Of a stretch of 64,000 bases of DNA, positions 53,722 to 63,323 are shown in pieces; position 1 is the stretch's first letter; the number at the start of each line of letters is the position of its first letter. Location of the stretch: positions 1 to 64,000 of the forward strand of contig CAZNUA010000018.1 of the NCBI GenBank assembly GCA_964576115.1, given 5' to 3'. Origin of the DNA: an uncultured Gemmatimonadota bacterium (GTDB lineage Bacteria > Blakebacterota > Blakebacteria > Blakebacterales > Blakebacteraceae). Made by a program: the position numbers and the translations under genes. The notes under the pieces are model-generated. The model worked only from the letters and a program-made list of their open reading frames with translations, had not been told where the DNA came from and did no database searches.

Positions 53722-54942
53722 ATGGATATCCCCCGCGACAGACGCGAGGTGCGTCGGGAGAAGCGCCGGCGCCTGATCCTCAGGAGCCTGCCGCCGGTGC
53801 TGGCGATGTCGCTCCTGCTCGGGGCCATCGTTCTGGCTTCGGGCCGCGATGAACCGGCTCCGATATCCGTGGCGGCGCCTCTGCCGCCGGCTTTGCCCGA
53901 CAGCGTCTGGAATGCCCGGATCAACGACTGGGCGGCCGATGCGGTTCCTCTGACCAGTCTGCTGGTCTCGTGGCGCGACACCCTCATCATCGAGCACTAC
54001 GCCCCGGGTGTGACGCCCCATACCCGGGTGAATGTCAAATCGGTATCCAAGAGCGTTCTCTCCGCCCTCGTCGGCCTGGCGTTCGAACAGGGGCACCTCG
54101 ACAGCCTGGGACAGACGGTAGCCGACATCCTGCCCGAATACTTCACGGCCGAGACCGACCCGGGCAAACGGGAGATCACGATCGGCCATCTGCTGACCAT
54201 GTCAAGCGGGCTCGAAGGAACCAGCTTCGGCAACTACGATGCCTGGATCGCCAGCCGGAACTGGGTTCGGTACGCTCTGGACAGGCCCCTGCTGAACGAG
54301 CCGGGCCGGCGGATGGTCTATTCGACCGGTAACACCCACCTGCTCTCGGTGATCCTGACCCGGGCAACGGGAATGAGTACCCTGGCCTTCGGCCGCCGCC
54401 ACCTCTTCGAACCGATGGGGATTGCGATGCCGGCCTGGGATCGCGACCCGCAGGGCTACTACCTGGGGGGAAACAACATGCACTTCACCCCCCGGGAGAT
54501 GCTTTCCTTCGGGCGACTGTATCTCGACGGCGGCTCATATCGGGGAAAGCAGCTCCTGAGTCCGGAATGGGTCAGCGCTTCGCTCGCGCCGACCGTCGGA
54601 CGGCCCGGTCGTTCCGGATACGGTTACCTCTGGTGGTACCGTCGGATCTGGGGCTACGACGTCCACTACGCCAGCGGGTACGGCGGGCAGTATATTGTGC
54701 TCGTGCCCGGGCTCGATCTGGTCGTGGTCATGACGACCTCGCTCACGAACCGGCCGCGGGGCACACCGCGCCCGCCGGTTTTTTCCCTGCTCTCCACCCG
54801 CGTCCTGCCGGCGGTTCGGGATCGGCTGCGGCACGAGGAGAACGCCCGGCTGGCTGTCGCGGCCCGGCTGGTACCGGTGGCTCCTCCCGACGAAACGATT
54901 CTGGGTCCCTACCTGGCGGCGCTCGCCGACACCGTTCGCTGA
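53722..54942 (+). CDS. Serine hydrolase, beta-lactamase class C-like family
   Basis: S-x-x-K (SVSK), HLLTMSSG, YST, YGYLWW, GYGGQY. N-terminal TM anchor. Confidence 0.9.
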   Translation: MDIPRDRREVRREKRRRLILRSLPPVLAMSLLLGAIVLASGRDEPAPISVAAPLPPALPDSVWNARINDWAADAVPLTSLLVSWRDTLIIEHYAPGVTPHTRVNVKSVSKSVLSALVGLAFEQGHLDSLGQTVADILPEYFTAETDPGKREITIGHLLTMSSGLEGTSFGNYDAWIASRNWVRYALDRPLLNEPGRRMVYSTGNTHLLSVILTRATGMSTLAFGRRHLFEPMGIAMPAWDRDPQGYYLGGNNMHFTPREMLSFGRLYLDGGSYRGKQLLSPEWVSASLAPTVGRPGRSGYGYLWWYRRIWGYDVHYASGYGGQYIVLVPGLDLVVVMTTSLTNRPRGTPRPPVFSLLSTRVLPAVRDRLRHEENARLAVAARLVPVAPPDETILGPYLAALADTVR

Positions 54943-55089
54943 TTCCCGTCTCCTGCCGCCGATTGCGGCCGGTATCCTCCTCGTACCGCCTGTGGTCGTC
55001 GAGCCCGCCATCTGCCCGGCTCACGGGCAGAAGAGGGTAGTCCCGGCCGGCATCCGATCTGCATATTGGGCCGGTCAGGAGCAAACCCG

Positions 55090-55674
55090 ATGAGCAGCGA
55101 CTTCACCGACATACGCCGACGTCTGGCCGCCCGCCGGCCCCGGCGGGCCGAGATGGACGGCCGGATCCCGGCCGCCGTGGCTGCTGTGCTGGTCGAAGGG
55201 GAAGAGGGATTGGAGATCCTGCTGATCAAGCGTAGCGAGCGCGAAGGCGATCCCTGGTCGGGTCAGATGGCCATGCCCGGCGGCCGCAGGGAACCCGAAG
55301 ATGCCGACCTGCTCGAAACCGCCATCCGCGAGACCCGCGAAGAGACCGGGGTAGCTCTCTCGGACGCCGACCTGCTCGGCGAGCTGGACGACCTGAGCCC
55401 CGCGCACGAACACCTGCCTCCCATCCTGGTCCGGCCCTACGTCTTCGGTCTTCCTGTCCGCCCGCCGGCACACGCCCGCGATGAAGTCGATCTGGTTCTC
55501 TGGGTGCCCCTGCGCCGGCTGCGGGAGAGCCTGCAGGAAGAAGAGATCACCGTTCGGGAGTTCAACCTGAGGGCCCCCGGCTACCGGCTCGGAGAGCATT
55601 TTGTCTGGGGTCTGACCGAACGGATGCTCACGCCCTTCCTGGCCCTGCTCGACCTGCCCGCCCCCTTGGACTGA
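55090..55674 (+). CDS. Nudix hydrolase, CoA pyrophosphatase-like
   Basis: AAV, R-x-x-DPWSGQ-x-x-x-PGG, TAIRETREETG, VWGLT. Confidence 0.9.
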   Translation: MSSDFTDIRRRLAARRPRRAEMDGRIPAAVAAVLVEGEEGLEILLIKRSEREGDPWSGQMAMPGGRREPEDADLLETAIRETREETGVALSDADLLGELDDLSPAHEHLPPILVRPYVFGLPVRPPAHARDEVDLVLWVPLRRLRESLQEEEITVREFNLRAPGYRLGEHFVWGLTERMLTPFLALLDLPAPLD

Positions 55675-55683
55675 CGCGGCGGC

Positions 55684-57384
55684 TCAGAGCTCGCACTCGC
55701 TCCCCGGTCCTGCAGTCACCCCCGCAACCTTCGCTCCCGTCTTGTCGCGGGTATACGTGCCCGGTGTAAACCGGGCGGCGGTGAAGACCGGACCGTCTAC
55801 GCAGGCCCGCTCCCCCGACGGGGTCGAGCATTTTCCACAGATCCCGATTCCGCAACTCGTCATCCGCTCCACCAGGTGGTGGATCTGCTCCGGATCGGCG
55901 TAGCGTCGGGCGATCGCGTCCACCCCGGCCATGGCCACTTCGGGACCGCAGGTAAAGAAGAGGGCGCCGGCGGGGGGATCATCGGCCAGATGCTCGGCGA
56001 GCAGTTCGGTCACCAATCCCGCAAAGCCGCGGCTACCGTCGTCGGTGGAAACCGCTACCGGCCCGAGGGCCTGCAGTTCCTCGAGGTAGACCAGTTCGGC
56101 CGAAGTCGTGGCGCCCACCACGATCCGTTTCGGGCCCTCGTGACACCGGGCGGCGTGATGGACCGGGGCGATTCCGCACCCCGCGCCCACAAAGACGACC
56201 TCCCGCCCGGCCGGCAGCTCGAAGGCCCCGCCGTAGGGGCCGCGGATACGCACGATGCTGTTGGGGACCAGTTCGAAGACCTTCTCGGTCATCGGTCCGA
56301 CCCGGCGCACGACCAGTTCGAGCCCGGAGCCGCAGGCCGCGACCGAAAAGGGCCGGGCCAGTCCGGTTCCGAGCTTGAGAAAGACGAACTGCCCCGTTGC
56401 GGCCTCCAGATCCTCGTAAAAACGGATCCGGCGCAGCTTGGGGCCGTAGTCGGTCACCGCAGCTACGGTGAAGGGGCGGTAAGTCATCAGCGGGCGGTCG
56501 AGGGTCAGTTCGGCGGCCGAGTCGGTCCCTTCGGCCAGGTCGGTTTCGAGCCGCTGGAAGTATTCCCGGATCCCGGCCGAGTCGAGGCCGCCCAGAGACG
56601 AACCGATAGCGTAGAAGAAGCCCGGATCTATGTCGTCGAGCCGGCGGATGTCGGCCGCGCCCCGGATGCCGCCCATGACGATGAAGGGCACCCCGGTCAC
56701 CGCTCTGAGCCGGCGGACGGTGTCGAGGGTAACGGGGAAAATCGGGGGCCCCGAGAGCCCTCCGAAACCGTTGGTCAGCTCGGGATTCGGGCCTCCCAGG
56801 GTATTGATGGCCGACAGGGCGTCGGCCCCGGCTTCGACTGCGGCCCGGGCGACCTCTTCGAGGCGCTCCACACCGGCATTGAGCTTGACCACCAGGGGCC
56901 GCGGGCACACCCGCCGGACCGCCGCCACGATCCCGGCCACGCACTCGGGATCGGAGCCGATCAGAATGCCCCCCTTCTCGACATGCGGGCAGGAGACGTT
57001 GATCTCGATCCCGTCCACATCTCCGGCCGCTTCGAAAGCCGCTGCGGCCTGCGCGAAACCCGCCTCGCTGCTCTCCCCGATCTGGGCCAGCAGGAAGACA
57101 TCGGGCGGAGCGCTCGCCCGCAGAGCCCGGAAGCTCTCCACCATCGGTTCCAGGCCCGGATTGGCATAGCCGACCGCGTTCCAGAGAGCGGTCGGAGCGG
57201 GTTGAGTGAGAATGTCCTCGGCGTACCCCGTGCGCGGTTCGATTGTCGTGCTCTTGCCCACGAAGAAACCCAGTTGAGGGATGTTTTCGAGCATCCACCG
57301 GGCGGTGTCGTCGTTGGTGGCGATTACTCCCGAGGGGAAGCCGAACCGTCCGCGCACCTGTTTCCCGAGCAAGGTGTATGACAC
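55684..57384 (-). CDS. pyrD: Fused dihydroorotate dehydrogenase class 1B catalytic subunit (PyrD) and electron-transfer subunit (PyrK)
   Basis: N-half: NAVG-x-x-NPG, EINVSCPH, AINT, GGLSG, MGGI. C-half: RPFS, GPYG, GAGCGIAP, CGP, CGIGICGKC...CVDGPVF. GTG start at 57384 with RBS. Confidence 0.88.
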   Translation of the reverse strand: MSYTLLGKQVRGRFGFPSGVIATNDDTARWMLENIPQLGFFVGKSTTIEPRTGYAEDILTQPAPTALWNAVGYANPGLEPMVESFRALRASAPPDVFLLAQIGESSEAGFAQAAAAFEAAGDVDGIEINVSCPHVEKGGILIGSDPECVAGIVAAVRRVCPRPLVVKLNAGVERLEEVARAAVEAGADALSAINTLGGPNPELTNGFGGLSGPPIFPVTLDTVRRLRAVTGVPFIVMGGIRGAADIRRLDDIDPGFFYAIGSSLGGLDSAGIREYFQRLETDLAEGTDSAAELTLDRPLMTYRPFTVAAVTDYGPKLRRIRFYEDLEAATGQFVFLKLGTGLARPFSVAACGSGLELVVRRVGPMTEKVFELVPNSIVRIRGPYGGAFELPAGREVVFVGAGCGIAPVHHAARCHEGPKRIVVGATTSAELVYLEELQALGPVAVSTDDGSRGFAGLVTELLAEHLADDPPAGALFFTCGPEVAMAGVDAIARRYADPEQIHHLVERMTSCGIGICGKCSTPSGERACVDGPVFTAARFTPGTYTRDKTGAKVAGVTAGPGSECEL

Positions 57385-57427
57385 CGCTCCTGCCTCCCTT
57401 TCCCGTCCTCCGGTTCCCGGTTGCCTC

Positions 57428-58210
57428 TCAGTCGCCCTGTTGATCGAGGGCTTCGGCGATATCATCGAGGACCTCACCGGCCGCCGCTTGCTGATCGGCG
57501 GCGGCGGTGATAGCCCGCCCGATCACGAGCAGCGACGAACCGGCGGCAACCGCCCGACCCGGACTCATGACCCGTTTCTGGTCCTCCCCGGCCGGGGTGG
57601 TCGTGCCCCGGATCCCCGGGGTGACGTACATGAAACCGGGTTCGAGTTCGGGGCGCAGGGTCTCCAGGTCGAGAGCCGAACAGACGATCCCGTCCAGACC
57701 GGCGGTAGCACTCAGATGTGCCAGCCGCAGGACCTGGGTCTCGAGATCGCCCGGCACGCCGCATTCGGTGTTCAGGATCTCTTCGTCGATGCTGGTCAGC
57801 ACGGTTACGGCAACGATCTTCGGGCGCCGACGGCCGGCTCCGGCTGCGCTCTCGGCTCCCTCGCGGGCCGCTTCCATCATCGCCCGCCCCCCCGCGGCGT
57901 GTACGTTGAACAGGCTGACGCCGAGTTCGGCCGCGGCCCGGGCCGCCCCGCGCACCGTATTGGGGATGTCGTGGTATTTCAGGTCGAGGAAAACCCCGCT
58001 GCCGGACCGATGGACTTCATCGATCACCGCCGGCCCGAACCGGGTATACGATTCCTTGCCGATCTTGAAGATGCCGACGAAAGAGCCGAGCAGTTCCAGC
58101 CGCTCCCGGATATCGGCCAGGCTGTCGAGGCCGTCCAGGGGCAGACAGACCATCGCCCGGGCCGCTTCCCGGGCTGCTGAGAGCTGGCTCACGTTCCGGC
58201 TCCTTTCCAC
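57428..58210 (-). CDS. pyrF: Orotidine-5'-phosphate decarboxylase
   Basis: FKIG, FLDLKYHDIPNTV, VTVLTS, VTPGIR, DQKR, VIGRAI. Confidence 0.95.
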   Translation of the reverse strand: MERSRNVSQLSAAREAARAMVCLPLDGLDSLADIRERLELLGSFVGIFKIGKESYTRFGPAVIDEVHRSGSGVFLDLKYHDIPNTVRGAARAAAELGVSLFNVHAAGGRAMMEAAREGAESAAGAGRRRPKIVAVTVLTSIDEEILNTECGVPGDLETQVLRLAHLSATAGLDGIVCSALDLETLRPELEPGFMYVTPGIRGTTTPAGEDQKRVMSPGRAVAAGSSLLVIGRAITAAADQQAAAGEVLDDIAEALDQQGD

Positions 58211-58213
58211 CGC

Positions 58214-58897
58214 TCACTCGACTTTCGGAAACCCGTGCTTCTCGCCCCAGCCGAAGGGATCGCGGCGCCACTCGTCGAGCAGGGCGAGCTCGTCGTCGGT
58301 AAAACTGCCGCTCTCGCGGGCGGTGGCGAGCAGAACATCGAAAGTCAGCAGAGAACGGACCGTGCAGGGGGGCTCGAGGGCCCCAAAGGCTTCGGCGGCC
58401 CGCTCCAGACCGTAGCTGAAGATCGCGAAGCAGTGATCGGCACGCCCGTTGGCCTCGCGCACGGCCTCGACCGCGCGGGCCGAACTGCCCCCGGTCGAAA
58501 CCAGGTCCTCGATCACCACCACCCGCCGTCCTTCCAGATCGCGGTCGGCATCGATCCCCTCGATGCGGTTCTTCAGACCGTGCCCCTTCGGTTTATCCCG
58601 GATGTAGATGAAGGGCAGGGAGAGGTGGTCGGCCAGAGAAGCGCCGTGGGGGATCCCGGCCGTGGCTGTGCCGGCGACTACCTCCGGATCGGCCCCGGCC
58701 CCGGCGATGAGATCGGCCAGGCCGGCCACGATCACCTTCCGTATCCCGGGATGGAAGAGAAACATACGGTTGTCGTTGTAGATCGGCATGCGGTAACCCG
58801 AAGCCCACTGAAAGGGATCCCCGGGACTCAACTTGATGGCGCCGATCCGCAGACCCTCGCCAGCGATGATGCGTCCGATCTCGTCGATGGTCCTCAA
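58214..58897 (-). CDS. pyrE: Orotate phosphoribosyltransferase
   Basis: PFQWASG-x-x-x-PIY-x-DNR, GTATAGIPH, YIR-x-x-x-K-x-HG, VVIEDLVSTGGS. Probable TTG start; exact start uncertain. Confidence 0.93.
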   Translation of the reverse strand: MRTIDEIGRIIAGEGLRIGAIKLSPGDPFQWASGYRMPIYNDNRMFLFHPGIRKVIVAGLADLIAGAGADPEVVAGTATAGIPHGASLADHLSLPFIYIRDKPKGHGLKNRIEGIDADRDLEGRRVVVIEDLVSTGGSSARAVEAVREANGRADHCFAIFSYGLERAAEAFGALEPPCTVRSLLTFDVLLATARESGSFTDDELALLDEWRRDPFGWGEKHGFPKVE

Positions 58898-58925
58898 CCC
58901 TCCTCCGCCCGGGCGGGCTCGGCGT

Positions 58926-58954
58926 ATTGTACGCCTTCGGGCCGGAGGGTCCAA
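58926..58954 (-). promoter_or_regulatory. Sigma70-type promoter of the pyrE-pyrF-pyrD/K operon
   Basis: TTGGAC-N17-TACAAT on the minus strand. Confidence 0.55.
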
Positions 58955-58992
58955 CCGCGATTCAAGCGGCCGGCGGCGATTGCCCCGGGGGT

Positions 58993-60306
58993 TCAGGCGG
59001 GCGGGGGGATCTGGAGTCGATAGCGGCGCACGATCGGCCGGCCCTCGTCGTCTACGGTCAGGCAGATGAAAGAGTCGCCTTCGATGACAGGCTCCGGTTG
59101 CGACGCAAAGCCTTCCGGCACGGGCACCCGCCCCAGGTAGCGGCCGGTTGCCTCCTCGAAGACCTCGAACCAGGTGTCCTCGGCCCAGGCCGGGGAGCGT
59201 TCCCACCCGCGCCAGTCGTCGGGTTCGGTCCAGCCCTCGACCGGCCGGCCCTCGCCGGTGCGAAGTACCCAGAGGCGACCGCTGCGGTCGGGGATGACGG
59301 CGGCGTACCACGGTTTGGTGTCCGGGATCTGGGGCCCGTTCCAGGCCCAGCCGGGCCGGAAGTGCCGCATGATGGCCTGAACCCGGCGCGTGTACCACGC
59401 CTTCTCGGTTCCAAGCACCCGGACCGGCTCGGCGGTGCGCTCGATGACGGTGCGCCGGCCGTCAGGGTAGTGGACCTCGAAGCGATAGTCAGCTGCATAG
59501 CCGGTGATGAGAGCGCCCTCCCAGGTCAGGCTCCAGACCTCCTGGGGACCGAAGGGCACCGGCTCGGGGCGGTAGTTCCCCTGCTCATCGGCCACGGCGG
59601 TCAGAATAAAGTGCTCGTGTTCGTATTCGGGCAGGCGCAGGGTGTCGATGATGGCGCCGGTTGCATCGAGGGCGAAGAAAATATAGGTGTTCACGTACCC
59701 CAGGTCGGTCTCGGGTGCCGGACGGTAGGTGAATTGCGTTACGATCGGCACTCCGGTACGGGTGACGCGCAGCAGCAGGTTCGATCCGCTCAACCCTCCC
59801 TGCAGACCGGGGTGCAGGGTCTCGAGGTACTCCCCCTCGAGGGTGAAGCGGTGCAGGATGCCGCCCACCCCCTCGCGCACGATCAGAAGCTCCTTGACCG
59901 GATCGATCCCCACATCGGTCGGCCAGATCAGTTCGCCCGGCCCGCGGCCCTGGCGGCCGATGTTCCCGACGTGGTTCCCGGCCCGGTCGTACACCTTGAT
60001 GGTGTAATAGGAAGCATCGCAGATGTAGACCCGGTCGGCGGTGGCGTCGATACCGACAACTTCTCCGAGCAGGTCGTGTTCGCCCCGGGTTTCGGTCCCG
60101 ATGGCGGCTTCTTCGATCAGACGTCCCTCGCCGCTCCAGACCGAACCCCCGGTGGTCCGGACGATCAGGGTGGTTCCCTCGGTGGTCGTCTCGCCCTGCC
60201 AGTCACCGGTCTGCCCGTTACTCTGCGGGGCGGCGTTGCAGGCGGTCAGGAGGATCAGCATCCCGATCGAGGTGATGAGCCGTTCGTGCTGAAAACGGGA
60301 TGTCAT
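58993..60306 (-). CDS. 6-bladed beta-propeller (NHL-like) lipoprotein
   Basis: Lipobox LTAC. IGRQGRGPGE. Shares GW-x-WNGP-x-IPDTKP and GRLWV with 20041-21342. Confidence 0.8.
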   Translation of the reverse strand: MTSRFQHERLITSIGMLILLTACNAAPQSNGQTGDWQGETTTEGTTLIVRTTGGSVWSGEGRLIEEAAIGTETRGEHDLLGEVVGIDATADRVYICDASYYTIKVYDRAGNHVGNIGRQGRGPGELIWPTDVGIDPVKELLIVREGVGGILHRFTLEGEYLETLHPGLQGGLSGSNLLLRVTRTGVPIVTQFTYRPAPETDLGYVNTYIFFALDATGAIIDTLRLPEYEHEHFILTAVADEQGNYRPEPVPFGPQEVWSLTWEGALITGYAADYRFEVHYPDGRRTVIERTAEPVRVLGTEKAWYTRRVQAIMRHFRPGWAWNGPQIPDTKPWYAAVIPDRSGRLWVLRTGEGRPVEGWTEPDDWRGWERSPAWAEDTWFEVFEEATGRYLGRVPVPEGFASQPEPVIEGDSFICLTVDDEGRPIVRRYRLQIPPPA

Positions 60307-60426
60307 GATCGTGCTCCTTTTGGAGTGAGACCGGGCGCGTACTCCCTCAAACGAGGTCCCGGGGGTATAGTTCTGCAACAGTGCAGGCAACCGTCCGGTT
60401 CGCAGTCCCTGCCGTCGGCTGATGAT

Positions 60427-62376
60427 TCAGCGTGTCCGCTCCCGCACCGGCAGGACGAGCCGCGAAGGATAGACTGCGTTCCTCTCGACCGTGATGGCCG
60501 GCATTCCCTGCTCGGGGCAGCGGTGCGCCATCGACTCGTCGTGCCCGGCGATCGCCACGCGGATGGCGTGCCCGGCCCGAAACACGGTGGAGAAGGGCAG
60601 CAGGGTGAGGCCGATCTCGGTGACCTCGCCCGGCACCAGGGGTGCCGCGTCTCCGGTCCTGAAAGTGTGGTAGATCCCGAGCGGCACGAAGGGGGCCTGC
60701 GTTGGATCCTTCTCTTTCCGATGGCGGGCCCGGAGCATCCCCTCGGTGAGATAGGTCACCCTCCCGTCGGGTGAGACGTCCTCCAGATAGACATGGAAGG
60801 CGCCGTCCTCGAAGTCGGATGAAACGTACAGGCGCACCGTCGGACTGCCGGTCATCTCCAGGTCGGCCGGGAGCGGAGCCGAGGTGTAGACCAGGAGTTT
60901 TTCGTCTTCCTCGCGGCGGTCGCCGTAGTGCACCTGATTTCCCATCTGGGCCATCCAGCGGTTTTCGTCGCCGGTCGTGGCGGTGAAATCGACCTCATAG
61001 CGGTCGTTCCCTTGCCGACCCGCGGGGCTGTCGTTCGCCAGGAGGTTGTCCGGCGCGAAGTACCAGGTCCGGTCGGCGATCCCCGCGGGGGGCCAGGTGG
61101 GCGTCACGGTCCACTCGTTCAAGCCGTAAGTGAAGTAGAGGATGCGTCTGGGCTCGCTTTCATTCGTGCCCGCTTTCAGGTGGCGATCGAACCAGGTGAA
61201 CATGTCCTCGCAGATGTCGGACGGCGCTTCCTCGAAACCGGGCGCCCGTCCCTGGTCACCGAAGAGATCCACGATGTTGCTCAGCTGATGTCCGGTCGGC
61301 CCGATTACCACTTTCTGGGGTGAAGCGAAGGTCAGATACTTTGACAGCACGCCCTTGGCGACCTCGGCGTCGAGCCATCCGGCCCGGGTGTAGGTGTTGA
61401 CGCCCGCCGCTTCGATCCGGGCCCGGTAGGTGTACAGGGCGACGTCCTCCACCGCACAGGCGAACCCGGGCATGGTCTGATCCGTGTACTCGATCTGCTC
61501 GAGATAGGCGTAGAGCCCGGTATTTTCCCGCCTGTCTCGCAAGGCCTGTTCGAAGATCGCGAGGTCGCCGGCCTCCGTCGGTCGGCGAAGACCCCGGATG
61601 AGCGACCGGTAGAACAGTTTCTGGAACAAGGAGAGTTCCTCCACCCCCTCGGAGAGCGCGAAGAGGCTGTCCATATCGTCCAGGTCCATGGCTTTGATCA
61701 TCCGCGCCCAGGCGTGGATGAACTCCGCCGAGCCCAGTCCTCCGGGCCGGATGACCGTATAAGGATCGAAATCGGGAGCGACGACGTGGACGGCCTGCAG
61801 GGCGGGATGCCCGGTGGCGCAGCTGACCTCGGCGGTGGTGCCCGAGTAGGAACCGCCCATGGCCCCGACGTGCCCGTTCGACCACGGCTGATCGACGATC
61901 CAGTCGAAGCCGGCCGAAATGGCGTCGACCTCGTTCGGCGGGTACTCCGCCGGTCTCGGCCCGCTCGACTGGCAGGAACCGGGGGACTGGATCCGGACGA
62001 AGGCATACCCCCTGGTCGTGAATCGCGCCGCCGGGCCCTGATTGAGGTCGGCCTGCAGGCCCCAGGTCTGCAGCACCTGGTAGAGCCAGCCGGGGTCGTA
62101 TTCCTCGAGATATCGGGAGGTCTCGATCACCGTCGGGATCCTCTGGCCCGATTCGAGGTCCTCCGGCAGCCAGGCACTGATCCAGATCTGTGTCCGGGAG
62201 TCGAGTGCGAGATAAGTCGTGACGTTCACCGGCCAGCCGGCCGGGATCGTCCTGCGGGTGTAATCGGGCGCGAACGCGATCCCGATTCCGACGAACAGGA
62301 CCAGCACGCCGCCAACCGCACCGAGCCCGATTCCGATCCAATGGAAAATGGATTTCCGGTTCTTCCTGCGACTCAT
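60427..62376 (-). CDS. CocE/NonD-family serine hydrolase with an N-terminal TM anchor
   Basis: QPWSNG-x-VG-x-x-GGSYSG nucleophile elbow, GWLD, IGP-x-x-H, YTS-x-PL, EG-x-LRA. Confidence 0.9.
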   Translation of the reverse strand: MSRRKNRKSIFHWIGIGLGAVGGVLVLFVGIGIAFAPDYTRRTIPAGWPVNVTTYLALDSRTQIWISAWLPEDLESGQRIPTVIETSRYLEEYDPGWLYQVLQTWGLQADLNQGPAARFTTRGYAFVRIQSPGSCQSSGPRPAEYPPNEVDAISAGFDWIVDQPWSNGHVGAMGGSYSGTTAEVSCATGHPALQAVHVVAPDFDPYTVIRPGGLGSAEFIHAWARMIKAMDLDDMDSLFALSEGVEELSLFQKLFYRSLIRGLRRPTEAGDLAIFEQALRDRRENTGLYAYLEQIEYTDQTMPGFACAVEDVALYTYRARIEAAGVNTYTRAGWLDAEVAKGVLSKYLTFASPQKVVIGPTGHQLSNIVDLFGDQGRAPGFEEAPSDICEDMFTWFDRHLKAGTNESEPRRILYFTYGLNEWTVTPTWPPAGIADRTWYFAPDNLLANDSPAGRQGNDRYEVDFTATTGDENRWMAQMGNQVHYGDRREEDEKLLVYTSAPLPADLEMTGSPTVRLYVSSDFEDGAFHVYLEDVSPDGRVTYLTEGMLRARHRKEKDPTQAPFVPLGIYHTFRTGDAAPLVPGEVTEIGLTLLPFSTVFRAGHAIRVAIAGHDESMAHRCPEQGMPAITVERNAVYPSRLVLPVRERTR

Positions 62377-62619
62377 CCTGTTTGTCCCTTGTCTGTCGGC
62401 GATACACTGATCCCGGTGGGAGCGTTCCGGGACGCGGGAATATCTGTTCTACGAGGAACACCGGGCCTTCGGTTCCATCAATAGATTCCGCCTGTGACGG
62501 AAAGTATGCCCCCGTTGCGGTTCCTTGCGGAGCAGACCACCCTCATCCGCTGCGGGACCGGTGTCGTATATGGTCATGAGTGATCCGGGGGCACATCCCC
62601 GGCACCGGAGGAGATCCGG

Positions 62620-63323
62620 ATGTCAGACGTCGAACTGCTGAATCGAGCCCGTACCGGTGACGCCGGGGCCTTTTCGGCCCTGGTCGACCGCCACGCCGGC
62701 GCCGTCTGGAACTACCTGTACCGGTTCATGCCCGCCCGCGCCGACCGTGAGGACCTCTTACAGGATGTTCTCGTCAAGGCCTGGCTCCGGCTGAATTCCT
62801 ACGATCCGGGGCGCGGTGAGTTCCGGACCTGGCTTCTGCGCCTGGCCGCCACCACCTNNNNNNNNNNNNNNNNNNNNNNNNNNNNNNNNNNNNNNNNNNN
62901 NNNNNNNNNNNNNNNNNNNNNNNNNNNNNNNNNNNNNNNNNNNNNNNNNNNNNNNNNGATCCGGGGCGCGGTGAGTTCCGGACCTGGCTTCTGCGCCTGG
63001 CCGCCACCACCTCGCTGGACGAACTCAAACACCGCCGGCGCGAGCGAACCCGGATCGAGTCATATGCCGGAACGGTCGAGAAAGTCACCACACCGACTGA
63101 CGGTTCGGCCGCCTCGCCCGGCTGCGAGGAGATTCGCGCTGCCCTCGAATCACTCTCCGATACCGAGCGACAGGTCGTCGTTCTCTCCTTCTACCACGAT
63201 CTGTCCATGCCCCGGATAGCCGCTCTGCTCGACATCCCCCTGGGGACGATCAAGTCGCGGATGCGCAGTGCCCTGGCGCGCCTGAGAGAGCGGACGCCCA
63301 TACTCAAGGCAGGTGATCTGTGA
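62620..63323 (+). CDS. ECF-type RNA polymerase sigma factor, interrupted by an assembly gap
   Basis: Region 2: EDLLQDV-x-x-KAW...FRTWL. After collapsing the 55-bp duplication around the Ns, the frame continues into region 4 (RQVVVL-x-FY-x-DLS-x-x-x-IA-x-x-L-x-IP-x-GTIKSR) and stops at 63323. Confidence 0.88.
62858..62957. other. 100-N scaffold gap flanked by an exact 55-bp duplication
   Basis: 62803-62857 is identical to 62958-63012. Confidence 0.95.

Noticed and set aside
53722-54942. Antibiotic-resistance beta-lactamase
   Set aside because: The motifs (YST rather than YxN, no KTG) fit generic serine hydrolases/esterases of this fold, so resistance cannot be inferred.
58898-58925. Pyrimidine-responsive attenuator or TSS-switching leader before pyrE
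   Set aside because: The leader is only about 20 nt, with no PyrR-binding loop, U-tract or convincing anti-SD hairpin.
58214-59398. Long N-terminal extensions of ORF-track entries for pyrE, the GH36 gene (36778), the HTH gene (32176), ArsR (45349) and the ORF at 29702
   Set aside because: The extensions overlap other genes and are low-complexity Arg/Pro/Gly-rich. Downstream starts with an RBS or ATGA coupling fit better.
62620-63323. ECF sigma as a pseudogene, programmed frameshift or tandem duplication
   Set aside because: The frame disruption is fully explained by the 100-N gap and the 55-bp overlap.
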